Shown here piece after piece: positions 1 through 12,869 of a DNA stretch of 64,000 nt; positions within the stretch are counted from its first letter, which is position 1, and each line of letters begins with the position of its first letter. Source of the DNA: Epiperipatus broadwayi (Eukaryota; Animalia; Onychophora). The stretch spans positions 19,778,001 through 19,842,000 of the forward strand of contig JAQFVV010000003.1 of NCBI GenBank assembly GCA_028023455.1, given 5' to 3'. The position numbers and the translations under genes were made by a program. The notes under the pieces were generated by a model. The model searched no databases and was not told the DNA's origin. It worked only from the letters and a program-made list of their open reading frames with translations.

Positions 1-2
1 CT

Positions 3-463
3 AAAAGCTTGTTTAGAGCTATTAGCATGCTCTTAATTTTACATATTTGTAAGTGCAAGCTATATATGTCATGTGACATCTGACTTTGTTATTATTACTA
101 TTATTATTTTGCTGTTGTGGCTTTAGCTAAATTAAAGGGCTAAGCCTACTAATATATGGAGTATCTGAATTAAGTTCAGGCCCATATGATTTTTTCAGTT
201 GGAGAGCTGACTTTAAAGACGTGTAGATGTCTAAAAGTTTCAGATCTTCTTCTAACAATTAACTTTTAGATAAATGCTTTGCTTGAGTTGGTTTTTTAAA
301 TCTAATGTCCCAACTCCTCACTGAAGAGACCCATAGATCGAAACCGGTCTGTGGATGGGGACAATCCAAGATAAAAATGATTTGAATGCCTTCTCTTGTA
401 GTAGCATTTATCATAAATAAATAAAAAAGCTTGTTTAGAGCTATTAGCATGCTCTTAATTTTA
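3..463 (+). mobile_element. 422-bp hammerhead-bearing repeat unit with terminal direct repeat (retrozyme / Penelope pLTR-like, family B); probably continues left of the window
   Basis: AAAAGCTTGTTTAGAGCTATTAGCATGCTCTTAATTTTA occurs at 3-41 and 425-463 (period 422); hammerhead motif at 306-363; no credible ORF. Confidence 0.6.
306..363 (+). ncRNA. Type I hammerhead ribozyme motif (minimal, palindromic stem III), slightly mutated
   Basis: TGTCCC-AAC-TCCTCA CTGAAGA GACC-CATA-GATC GAAA CCGG TC TGTGGA-T-GGGGACA. Core CUGAAGA 321-327, GAAA 340-343, GUC triplet 347-349, ACCGGT palindrome; one mismatch each in stems I and II. Confidence 0.8.
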
Positions 464-879
464 TATATATTAATGTTGTTTTAAAAATTTGAGTAATGAA
501 TTATATTTAATTTACACCCACACAGAAGCTATGATTTTTAATATATTTTACACTTTTTCTTTTATAATCATTTTGACAATTTCAGAATTTGAAACTTAAC
601 TTTGAAACCAAGGTTTTGAAATAACAAGTCTATCTGTACTAGTTTTCAAAGAGTAAAAAACAAGAGTCGAATTAGTGGGTGGACCAAATCAGGCTACTCA
701 AGAATTTCACATATATAAGATAAACTCTGGCATATATATATATAGGGCAGAATGTGTAAGTCGAAATAATAGTGAAATATCGATTGGTCCACAGTAAAAT
801 TATAAGTATATATACTTAAGAAATATTGAAGGCGTAAGGAAGTCAGGGAAGGGGGCAGCACTGTGCTTTGGGGGTTTGT

Positions 880-1500
880 AGGTTTGGAACTTAGCACGTA
901 GAACAATATATATATACATCACATAAAGAGGATGGAGTTGATAAGAACAAAAGTATATGGGGGGAAGAAGGAAGAGATGCCAGTAGATCACCTTAGGAGT
1001 CTGCAAAGATACTTTGAGGGTTATGAAACACCAGACAAGGTGAGAATAACAATAGCGTCTTACCACCTAGAAGGGCAGGCCGTGGATTGATGGAACTCAT
1101 TGCTACACCAACCGCGGACATTTTTAGATTACAAGACAGCCCTGGAGAGTTTTCTGGAGTGAAAAAAGGCAGGACATTAGATTCCAATTGATGAGAAGTT
1201 TCAAGAGGATGGACCAGAGAAATATGTACATTTTTTTTACACATCAAGTAGCCACACTCAAGACATTAGAAACATGTAATTTGTCAGAGAAACAGATTGT
1301 GAAGATAGTCTGCCGAAACCTGTCAATAAGAATAGGATTGATGCTAGAGAAAGGGGAGACAACTCGTCTAAAGAAATGTTATTGAGTCAAATAGAAATAA
1401 GTGTGGAAATGAGACAGATCCGAGAGAAAAAGGAAATAGACCGGAGAGACATAAGATTCAGACAGCAACCAAATTCAAAACACATGGGGAACCTAATTTG
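880..1500 (+). pseudogene. gag: Gypsy gag remnant (frameshifted)
   Basis: ORF fragments 1188-1385 (…FFTHQVATLKTLETCNLSEKQIVKIV…) and 1376-1579 directly upstream of the protease; assigned mainly by position. Confidence 0.5.
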
Positions 1501-1539
1501 TTCATGGGAGGACTGCGTACCAAGTTATGCATGCCAAAC

Positions 1540-4500
1540 ATGTCTGAAAATACAGATAAAGCAGGACAGACCAAAGTAGAAGTGCTTATTGATTCAGGGA
1601 GTCAGGTCTCTGTAATAACAGAAAAATTGTATTGTAAACTCATCAGAGAACAACCAAATATACCTGTTCTACCATTGAAAGCTGTACAAGTGGTGATGGC
1701 CAACACCAGAATGGCCAAGGTTGAACCCAAATAAATATGGCTGAATGTCAAAATCCATGGAGTAAGTTGCCCCCATGTATTACTAATCATGAAAAATTTG
1801 GTTTGTGATGTTTTATTGGGAACTGACTTTTTATACAAATATAAATGTAAGTTGAACTATGAGAGGAGACAAGCCACATGTAATGGGGAGATGGTTGGAT
1901 TTATAATGGATAGCACAGATAGTTCAATAGTGGCTTTGCAAGTTGCTGATGAACACAATGACTTGATAACAAAAAAAATAGACCAGGCGAAGATGGCTTG
2001 GGGAGAAGGGAAGGAAATACTAAAAAAGATACTGAAGGAAAAAAACGAGGTATTTTCAGGCAGGCCAGGCGTGATCCCAGGGTTTGAACAAAGGATTCAG
2101 GTAAATGAAATACAACCATTTAGGGGAAAATCATATCCAATTCCACATCAATATAGGGAGCAGGAGAAGGAGCAGATAGATCAAATGTTTGAATGGTGTA
2201 TTATATCAAAAAGCTCCTTGGCTTATTGTAACCCGATAGTTGTCATCAAGAAAAAGGAAAATTCCATATGGTTGTTCAGCAATTGAATAAAGTCACGGCC
2301 CCAGATTGTAACATACCACCACCCATGCAAGAATTACTTGGGGAAATTTAAAGGAAAGTTTTTTAAACATTTGATCTGACAGCAAGCTATTGGCAGATAA
2401 GGCTGCACCCCGAAGTTCATAAGTATACTGCCTTTAGGTATGATGGCTGCTCATATCAGTTTAACCTTATGCCATTCGGCATGATTAGCAGTGGGGCTGG
2501 TTTACTATGATGTTTAGATCAGGTATTATCTGCTGAAGTCAAAAAAATAGTTACAATGTATGTGGACGATGTGTGGTAGCATTGGCTAATGTGGAAGAAC
2601 ATGCCAAAGATGTGGAAATGTTTTTAAGGGAATGTTGGATAAAGGAATCAAGGTAAACCTGAAGAAAAGTGTGCTATTTCAAGAAAAAGTTACATTCTTG
2701 GGCCACCTTATAGGATCACAGAGTGTCCGGTCACAGCCAGATAAAATCTCAGCCATCGAAGATTTCCCAGCACCTAGGTCCAAGAAGCAGATACGATCCT
2801 TTTTGGGTATGTGTAACTTCAACCATTTTCAGGAGCAGTTTGCTGAACATATGGAACCACTAGTTAGATTACTGACAAAAAATGTAGTGTGGGAGTGGGG
2901 CAAGAAGCAAAGCCAGGCATTTGAGAGGGTGAAGCTAGGGTTCATGAAACATGTAATGCTGGCTTTTCCCAATTTTGAGAAACCCTTTGTGGTGCAGACT
3001 GACAGTAGTGGGTATGAGCTGGGAGCAACAGGATGGTCAGGTGAAAGCGCTGTATTTCTTAAGTAGGCTGCTCAAGGGTCTGAAGCATCATTACACTGCT
3101 ACAGAAAAGGAAGCTTTAGCCAGTTTGGTCATTCCAAAAACTCCGCACATTGTTGTTGGGATCAAAAATAATTGTGGTTAAGGATCACAAGAATTTAGGA
3201 TTTATTAACCAGTTACGTAACAAAGTCGGTTGGTGCGGTGGAGCCTATACCTTCAAGAGTATAATTGTGATAAAGCATTATAAGGGGTCAGATAACATTG
3301 TGGCTGATGCTCTTAGCTGTAACCTGGTACATTTGGCATCATGTTATCTTAAAGCTGAAAATTTATATGTGGCAGGAACAAACTTAAGGGTTAATGAGGG
3401 GGTAAAGAATGATCTTAAGAGATTGGCCCAGTGTCAGTGGGAGGATGCCCAGCTAAGTCAAATAATCACACAACTGGAAGGGAATATAAGCAAAAATGAT
3501 GACGAGTCCAGATGTTGGATCAACCAATACAAACTTGACCAAGCTGTTCTCCAATACAGAACAAAAAGGGGACCGGAAAGTTGGAGACCTGTAATACCCC
3601 AGAAAATGAGGCATGCAGTGGAGACTCACGTCCACCAAATATATGGACACTATGGGGTGTGGAAAACTGAAAAGTGGTTTAGACAGTGATTTTATTGGCC
3701 AGGCATGCATGGGACTGTCATGGGGATGATCAGCCAATGTGAACTTTGCCAGAAAACTAAGCCTGCTAATAGGAATTATGCCCAATGAGCTCCATAATCC
3801 CAAAGAAGCCATGTGAGATGATTGCTAAAGATTAGGGACCATTGCCAGCCTTTAATAGAAAAAAATATTTCTTAGTGGTGTATGATCTATTCAGTAAATT
3901 TGTTGCTGCATATCCCATGACTCAAGCAAATACCCGAAACACCATACATTTTGAAAAGGAATATTTTATGGTGGTGGGAAAACCTCAAAGCATCCTTAGA
4001 TCATGGCACACCATTTATCTCTGGAGGATGAAAAGCATGGGTTCAGAAGTCATGGATCCAACACATACTAGCATCAATTAAGAATCTACAATTGAACCTG
4101 TGTGAGCGGGTGATGCATGAGTTGGGTAGATTGTTTAGGATGTACATCCCCACTAATCACCGAGGATGGGTTAAAATGATTCCAGAAATACTGAACTATA
4201 TAAATTGGGCAATTAACGAGTCCACAGGGTTCTCTCCCGTGTGGCTTGTTTGGCAAACATGCCCCTAAATTAATCAAGGCCAAAATACCAGGACCAAAGG
4301 AAATGCCAATAAATGTGGAGGACGAAGAGCAGGCATATCATACACTTTTGAAAAAGAGTCAGGAGAGAAACAAACATACACTGGAGAGGCCTCATCGGTT
4401 TAAAGTTGGCGATCTAGTCATCATGGTGAAAACCCCACACGTGAGCGAACCGAAGAAATTTATCTGTAAGAAATTTTGCAGTTTGTATGAGGGACCGTTC

Positions 4501-4602
4501 CCTATCATTATGTATCAAGGGGATAATACATTCTGGGTAAATACTCGGCAGGAGGTAAGGGGATCGTACAATGCTCGTTCCCTCAAGCCCATGCCATTAT
4601 GA
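1540..4602 (+). pseudogene. pol: Gypsy pol pseudogene: aspartic protease, reverse transcriptase, RNase H, integrase
   Basis: LIDSGSQVS (DSG at 1591-1599), YCNPIVVIKK, YVDD (2559-2570), FLGHLI, QTDSSG, YTATEKEALA, DHKNL, NIVADALS, H-x4-H…WPGM…CxxC zinc-binding region, FKVGDLV…YEGPF tail. Many stops and frameshifts. Confidence 0.93.
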
Positions 4603-4655
4603 ACGGTTCATATTTAGTATCTATTCAAATACATAGACCATATTTAAAGGCTTCT

Positions 4656-4665
4656 GGGAGGGGGG
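4656..4665 (+). promoter_or_regulatory. Polypurine tract (plus-strand primer) of the gypsy element
   Basis: GGGAGGGGGG between the integrase stop and TGCAACAGG (putative LTR start at 4669). Confidence 0.75.
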
Positions 4666-4668
4666 TAT

Positions 4669-6478
4669 TGCAACAGGGCAGGTATAATCAAACCCTGTTG
4701 TGATAAATAGACAAATACATATTCATATAATTAATGTATTATTAAAAATATATATATTATTACTAACGTACCAACCTCAGAATAATGTGTAAGGAGAGAA
4801 ACAACCATAGGTGCAAAATAAAGGAGGCATATTTCATAAATAATGACAACCAATCAATTAATAGAAAAGACATGTTTTACCATTTCAAAAAGGTGGAAAA
4901 ACTAATTCAAACAATGTTTTAAATAAAATACCGAAACATCTAATTAACATAAATTTAAATACCCCCCTCATCACTATCAAATTAAACAGCTGAGTATGAA
5001 GCCATAGAGCTTTGAAAGCGCTAAGTTTTAAATAAATTATTGATATACACTTCTTTAACGAGCATTAAAAGCACATAATTATTGATATTTACTAACAAAA
5101 CTAATATTTACAAATTGATGTATAATTAATGGTCAGTTGTGTGATCGTATTGTATTATAGATTTAGTTAATTTTAATGAAAAAGCTCATGAGGTATAGGG
5201 GGTATACACAAGCTTTGATTTTTTTTCTTTTGCCCAACCCAGCTATACACATCGCTACGCTATGTATATGGATGAGTGTGTTTTGAATCAATTGAATATG
5301 AAAATTCACAAAATAAAAACATTTTTGTTTAATAAACTTTTAAAAATAGATATTAAATCAAAGAAAGACCTGTAAATGCCAAGATGGAAGACAGTGATTT
5401 ACAGAACAATGAAAGTGACTGTTATAAAAACCTAGGAATGTCGAGTTCTAATTAAATACTAATTAGAAAAAAAAAAGATGTAAAAAGCTTTTACAGTGCA
5501 TTCCTACGAAGGCACATGGAATGTTAATAGAAAGAGGAAAATGAATGAAAAAAAGAATTAAGAGAAGGGGCAAAGTCGGCAATTCGTGATTTGAAAAGAA
5601 AGATAATTTTTTTTTTAAAAAAAGATTATTATAAGTTGAAGAGTGGAAGAAAGCAGGCTTTAGACTTTTATACAGAGAGAATAAGCCAGAGATGAATGTT
5701 ATACATTGATAAAATATGATCAGGCTGGGGTAGAAACTTCAACGGGCGAGGTATTCGAATCCTTCCCCTGAAGGTATAGTAGCTGCCAATATTGGAGAAG
5801 TGACATCAAGCCTGAAAAATCGCCTCAATAAGTAATAATGTTGGATCATCATGAGATGTGTAAAAGAATAAATAAATAAATAGAGTTCAGCCATAGAATC
5901 CGAACTTCAAAAAGTCCGTTCATCGTCCAAAGACTGGAGATTTCTTTCACCAAGTGAATCCAATCAATTCCCTGGGGAAACACAGGTGCCTTTTTCTATT
6001 TGCATATATATGTGACCTCTTAGTAAGCTTACTCCATGTAATTACAGAAAAACTGTTGTTTGACCCAATTGTGAACTTAATTTTTCTTTTCTTTTTGCAC
6101 GGAGAGTTTAAATTATTTCCTACTGTCATTATTAGCATATTAATTCTTCCATAATTAAATCTTTGCTGCAACATATATGTTATAGCATATTTGTGTGTGT
6201 GTGTTTGGGGGGGGGGGGCTTTGGTAAGGAAAGAAAAGAGCAAACTAACAAAAGGGAAACCTGTTAGGAATCTTTCATAAATAATAAAGAAAAAAATAGA
6301 ATTGATTTGACTTACGTAAATTTTATTACAAATAAATATGTATCAAATGATGAATGTTTTTTTGCGTTTCAAGTTTTTTTCTCTTTATTAAGATTAAAAT
6401 AGGTTAGATTTCCCAGTAATTTTATCACCCGCCCTGAGAAAGCTAGCCACAGGCAGGTCATTTTATCATCCTATTACA
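4669..6478 (+). mobile_element. Probable 3' LTR (~1.8 kb) of the gypsy element
   Basis: Starts TGCAACAGG after the PPT and ends CCTATTACA (7/9 match to the reverse complement); AATAAA runs near 5870. No second LTR is available for confirmation. Confidence 0.45.
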
Positions 6479-6810
6479 TACTTCCATATTGTCCAGTATA
6501 ATTCTTACCTATGGGTGAGATTGGTGCTTGGAGTCTTTAATTAGACGTCCATAAATATACTGTTGTATGATATCGAAGAAAATTATATAAGTATAGGACA
6601 TATTTTTGTTCATACGCGTATATAGATATACCCGCTCATACTCATGTAAAGATGAATACTTCAAGAAAAATAAGTAAAGGGATGGACCCATTAGAATACT
6701 GAGTAATTTCAAGAAAAACTAACCTTATATAAGTTTTGACAACTTGTTTTGAACATTCTTGGATCTTGTTTTTTACACATTTGATCTTGTTTTAACACCT
6801 TAAATAATAT

Positions 6811-6866
6811 TTTATTTTTGACACCTTTATAACTTAATTTTATTTTTGACACCTTTATAACTTAAT
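6811..6866. repeat. 28-bp tandem duplication
   Basis: TTTATTTTTGACACCTTTATAACTTAAT x2. Confidence 0.85.
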
Positions 6867-7731
6867 TTTATTTTAATTGCAAGAATTTTACACTTTCATT
6901 ATTTGACTGAACTTGCAAAGCACTGCAGTTATTAAATTTTTTTAATTTTTCCTTGTTTTCAAATCTCATATCTCAAAACAGGTTTTATCTTTTTTTATTA
7001 GTTTATTTTTAATTTATTTAAAATCTATTTCTTAATTGAGTTATTTTGCATTACATTTCATAGATTCTTTTAATCTTTGACAAGAACATCAATTTTATCA
7101 TTTATATAATGTACAAGTTTCTCTTAAATTTTAAACAAACCCATTACATTATTTTAAAATATGAAATTTAAACATTTATTCTAACATTTTCATATTTCCT
7201 TCTTTATTTTAAACTATTTGTTCTATTTTAAATAATAATATTTAAGAAGTTGAATGCTATATTTATTAGCATCCCTCACAACTCTGAAAACTTGATTATA
7301 GTCATGTAGAAAAATACATGGCTGACATTATATGTAATTTCCAGTGTTTGATTAATGAATAAAATTCTATTAATAAACATGACTATTTAGATGTACGTAA
7401 AGATAAATAAAGTGAATAAGTCCATAAATAAGGAGTGATACTATACTATAGTTCAGAATAAGCATTACTTTATTTATATACATCATAATTCAAGCATTAA
7501 AGGGAAAACCTACTACATATTCCATTTCATGTTCAGTCAAATTAAAAATTTTAAATCAATTTTTATTATTATAGTAAACATATTATTTCTAATATTATAA
7601 GTCTTTCAACCTGGTTTAGTAATGAACCAAATGCTAGTAATAAATATTTTAACAACACCCATTTAATTTTTATATAACTCATCCAAAGCAAAATGACAAT
7701 TAACATTAGCTGTTTTGATATATATATATAT

Positions 7732-9897
7732 TGTAACGGACGAAAGATCTTTGATTCGTATTCACTGACTACGAGGACACTAGTAGTCCGAAAATCGGAA
7801 CTAGACATTTATTTTAAGGGCGGACAGGATATGCGAACCGAAATGCGCCGGACTAAACTCAGGAAGAAAAAAGATATCTTAAATATTGTTTAGACAATTG
7901 AGAAAGCAAAGCACATAGACAAACGTCAGCCAAATTAAGTTTAAACAAATTTTAAACTTTTATTTAAGAGCAAAAGAAGTTGTAAGAAAAAGTTTACACG
8001 AAAATCAATAGGGTTATCTCAGGTGTGTACCAGAAAGACGAAAACGCAATTCTCTGGCAGACTTACCGACTCTCTAAAAACGAATTCTACAGGGAGGAAG
8101 CAATTTCATTCAGCAGAAGATTCACCCAAACATTGGCTTTCACTTTTAGATAGTTAAACAATACACTCTTGAAACAAATCAACGAAACCAGCGCCAGCGA
8201 GCTTTCCGAGGTCCGAAAAAGGTGTCGGACCACAAATGTCATCTGTCGGTAGAAGCTGCACCTATTATTATGTTTAAAATAAAGGTGATTGGTCCACCTC
8301 AAGAAAAACCGAAAAATATGATTGAAAATGAAACGAAAACAAACAATTAAGACTGGCGAATCCCCAACCAAACGACTGGCGAAAACTAATCTAATAAGAA
8401 TTAAAGGTCTCAATAGGAGACAAAAAATCAGTTATGCCTGCCTCAGAATTTAAAGAAAATGAATTACCAATAATTATAATTAAAAAATAAATTTATGACA
8501 CAAGTTCTGAGTACACGCTCTGATAAATTTTAAGCTATACAAGTAAATACAAAATAAATCTATCAGAGAGTGCACATGAGTATGAAAATATGAAAGCTAT
8601 AAATACTTTAGCAGCAAAAGTCTCTCTCACCTGTAATTTACGAAAGGGATAAATATTGTCTTCCTGCTGGCGACTTATAAAATTACAAAGCAAAAACAAT
8701 TGTAGTTTCCGCTTTCAGAGATATAAGAAATGAAGACTATGAAAATAAAGTCACCAGCCAAAAGATTTGGTGGTTTGCAAAAGCGCAAACACAGTATTTA
8801 AAATTAATTTGGGCTACTAAAGATAAGCATTCAAAATATACACGACTGCCAAAGCATTTAGTAAAAGTTAGACATAAAAATAGAAAACTCACACGTCACC
8901 CCCAATAAACAAAAATTGAAAGCAAACTTGGAATCTTAAAACTAAGATTCCAAGACACACAGCAAAGTACAATAAAAGAGAATAAATATAGCTTATCAAT
9001 ATGAGATTAAATATTAATTTAGATTACAGGTTTATTAGACTGAGTGGAGATTTAACTAAAAAAATTTACCCTGGAAAGAATAAAAGAAAATTTCATCTTA
9101 CGGTAAAGCACAGTTCGCATAGAGTGCGCACGTTTATCTTTAGTCCATTTTCAGATCCTTTGACAGCGGCAAGTTAGAGGCAGTGTTTATTTCAGAGGCT
9201 CATGGCATGACTGAAGGAGAGCTGGCAGGCGTGGGTCCGTCTTTTGTTTATTAAGTTAGCAAGACATCCTGATGATGGCAAAACTCATAGTGGTAGATTT
9301 TGACATCTTGCACAAAAGTTTGTCAATAATTGTTTAAGTTTTTAGCAGGAATTAAATGTCTGAACTGCTACCCAAAATGGTATAACTCTCAGCAGGCGAT
9401 AATCCAAGTGTCTCTCTGGAATACTTCTCTCCTCTCTTTGAAAATTTGCGGGCTATCCTTGCCTCGCTACATTTCCCACGAAAAACTTTCATTAGTCTCT
9501 AATTCTATATCTCAGGCAGGGCAAATGTTAACTTCCTGCTCAATCTAATTTACGAATTCCAACCAGGGATTATTGAAACAAAAATGACAACACAATTAAA
9601 TCTCCACTTTTTAGAATTAACTTTAAAAATGATTAAAATAAAAGCAACAGGAATATATAATTAGCAAGCTTGTCTGTTTTTAATCAAATTGATTAAAACA
9701 AGCGGTGAAAGTAAACTATTTTAAAATAAATCAATTCTATAAACAAAAGTTAAAATGCCCTATTTAAATATAACCGAGTATATGTTTTAAATAATAATAA
9801 AAATAATTTAGCATTAGACATTTAATGAAAATTAAGTTGTTTTTCCTTTTTTTAATTTTAGTAATAAAACCATTGAATTGGAAATCAATCCGGTTCA
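7732..9897. mobile_element. Probable solo LTR (~2.17 kb) inserted in an (AT)n tract
   Basis: TGTAACGGAC…ATCCGGTTCA termini (7/10 inverted match, TG…CA); ATAT on both sides (7728-7731, 9898-9901); interior richer in GC/CpG than flanks and non-coding. Confidence 0.5.
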
Positions 9898-10019
9898 ATA
9901 TATATATAATAGTAATGGAAAACTATTTTGGTACACAACATAGATGACAAATCTAGTAAATTTATAATCAAGAGTGAAACATTAAATTTCAGGTTGTAAA
10001 CCCAATCTTATATATAGAA

Positions 10020-11560
10020 TTACTTTGAACTTACTTATGATACCCCATTCCTTATTCATTTTCAATCCCACAAAAATAAAAAATTTTAAGTCAAATATTT
10101 ATAAAATAGTTAATACAAATGTATTTTCAAAATTATATATAATTCCCAATAATAAATTAATGAAATAAATATAGTTAATAAACAAAACCCTGTGACTAAA
10201 TTCAACATTCAACCAAAACAAAGTGATCATATGCATGAGTTTCACCTTATGTATACGAAGGTAAACAAATGTAGCAAGTTTCTAAGCAAGAGTGAATCAT
10301 ATTGAAATCCTAATGTAACACAGTTAAATTTCTATATGGCCTAAGTCAAACATTCACGGAAGAGTCAATTTCTTTGTCATTTTCAATCCCATGCAATTGA
10401 AGAAATTTATTTGAATCCTAGAAATATAGGAAATACAGCATTTTTGCTCAACTTACATATAATTTTAAATCTCTTAGATAAAGCAAAATCATCACTTGCA
10501 GAAGCTATCCCAGATATATGTATAAGAATATCTACAATTTATAAACAATTGTGAAACTCATAACAAATAAAATGTAAACATTTTCATTTGTATACCACCG
10601 AATTCACAAAATATGTGAGATTCTTTATTGTCAAATTTATGCATGAAAAATTTAAAATCAAATATTTATAATATAATAACTACAAAGTTAATTTCCAGTT
10701 TTATAAAGAACAAAATGCCTTTAATAAACATTTTAACATTTTCTTAATTAGGTAGATTGCATAAAGGAAATTGATATTTGTATTAAAGGCCATAGGATAA
10801 ATATATTTTATAAATTTACAAACAACGATGATATTCATTATAATTCAGATGTTAATTTATATGTGCTTTAGTTCAAACATAAATGAGAGACCATTACTTA
10901 CTAATTTTCAAATCCATGCAAGTCAAATATTTTTTAATATATTAAATACAGCAATATGATATTCCCACATTTAAACTAATGAACCAAATACTGGTAATAA
11001 ATATTTCATTGCCTATTTACTTTTTAGAATATTCAGTCAAAGTAAATGATAATTTGCTTACCCCAAAGGAATATTATGATAAACAGATCTGGTAAGTTTA
11101 TAAAGAAAAATGAACCTCATTACAATCCCAATGCAAAAAAAGTCAAATTTAAATACATGGCCTAATTCCAGCTGTCATTGGAGATTTTATTCCTGGTTTA
11201 TTTTCAAACCCATGTAAGTGAAGGATTTAACATCAATTATTATTTGAAATATAATAAATACAGAATTATTTCAAAAATTATATACAGTTCCCAGTATTAG
11301 ACTAATAAACCAATTGCTGTTAATAAACATGTCAACCACATTTTTCTTATAGAAATGCACAATCAAAACATAATGAACATTTAAATTATCTTTCCTAAAT
11401 AGGCATCAGGATATAAAGTTTATAAACAAGAATCAAACTCATAACTATTCAGATATAAACACATTCTTATTTATATAGGCCAAGTATACATTTATGAGAG
11501 AGTTCATTATTAAGTTCATGCTAGTAAAAAAATTATAAAAAAAAAACTTCTAAGCATTAT
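10020..11560 (-). pseudogene. Decayed ~820-850-bp tandem duplication of an unidentified formerly coding sequence
   Basis: Two minus-strand copies translate to alignable peptides (LHGIENDKEIDSSVNV*LRPYRNLTVLH*DFNMIHSCLETCYICL and LHGFENKPGIKSPMTAGIRPCI*I*LFLHWDCNEVHFSL*TYQICL); internal sub-repeat TTTTCAATCCCA-like at ~10060, 10380, 10905, 11200. Confidence 0.45.
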
Positions 11561-12869
11561 TTTCAACACTATATATAATTGCCACTCTTAAATTAAATGC
11601 ACTTGATAAACATTTCAGTATTGTGTTATTCACTAAAAGTATTGCAAATTTATGTATAGAGTTGTTAGAATAAACTGATAGATGAGCTGAGTGAGGTAGG
11701 TACAATTTTAATTTTCTTGCCTGCAGTAGATGAATATCTTTAATAATAAATGATACATATGTAAAGTTTATAAAGAGAAAGACAAAATGTGCACATATAA
11801 GTTACTTATATAAATATTAAAAGTCTAGAATGACTTCAATATTAATTAAAAATTGTAATATTCTTAATATTTTGAACCAGATTATTTAAAAATAAATAAA
11901 AATGGTTTATGAATAAATTATTTCTAATTCTGATAAAAATATTCTAAATCTAAATTATTAATGTAATAAAAAAAAACAATTTGTAGAAATAAAGGTGTTG
12001 CTTAATAGACATGTAATTACAAAAGTTAATTTCACTGAATTCTGTACTTTTATAAAAGATTAAGGAAAAAATTTAAGAAATTATTTTTATTTTCAAATCA
12101 AAAGAATGTGGATCAATGTATGATATAGAAAAACAACTATTATAATTTTTATTTACCTTCAATTCTGATGCCCATCAATCTGAACATTGTTTATTATGTG
12201 GATATAAATATTGAGACATTAATTTTAAAATTTATAGAGTCAAGAAGAGAGTTGTTTAGATTTTATACTAGTTATTGGTCAATGCTATCATTCTCATGGC
12301 CCACTAAATATAATACAAGATGCAAATACAATAAAAGTTAAATATAAATTGAAAGTTATGAGCTATTTAAGTATCTCAGTTAGTTAAGCTATTTTTATAA
12401 GGCTAAGATATATGAAGCTAACTTATATATGAAATAAAGTATTGGCAAAAAAATCTACTATTGATAGAAAAGTCATATTAAACTATTCTGCATATATTTA
12501 TAACATAGGCAAAAGACATCTATTGTTGATAGAATATGGCGATATTAAACTTTTCTACATTTGTATAGAAGTATAGATGAAAATTATTATGCATACTGTT
12601 TAAAATATTAATTTCAAGGCTAAAAAAAATACAAGAAAAATCAGTTTACTGCCCCCCCCCCCCCCCAGCATTTCACTTATATTAGTTTGTTTTGAAAAAA
12701 CAGGCAAATAACTTTGAATAAATACTAAATAAGATTGCAGAAATTATTAAAAAGAATTCCAAGTTTATCAAAGAAAACTAAACCAGTTTAAAAGTCCTAA
12801 AAGAAAAAAGAACTGAGAGTATAATTTATTTTTATTTGCCTGAAGATATATGTGATGATGATATATTAA

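Larger units (their letters stand above)
880..4665 (+). mobile_element. Decayed Ty3/gypsy LTR retrotransposon internal region (gag-PR-RT-RH-IN), no env; 5' LTR/PBS not found
   Basis: Domain order PR-RT-RH-IN in fragmented ORFs; polypurine tract at 4656-4665 shortly after the integrase stop (4602). Left boundary approximate. Confidence 0.92.

Noticed and set aside
4602-4670. env gene (errantivirus)
   Set aside because: The PPT follows the integrase stop within ~55 bp, leaving no third ORF.
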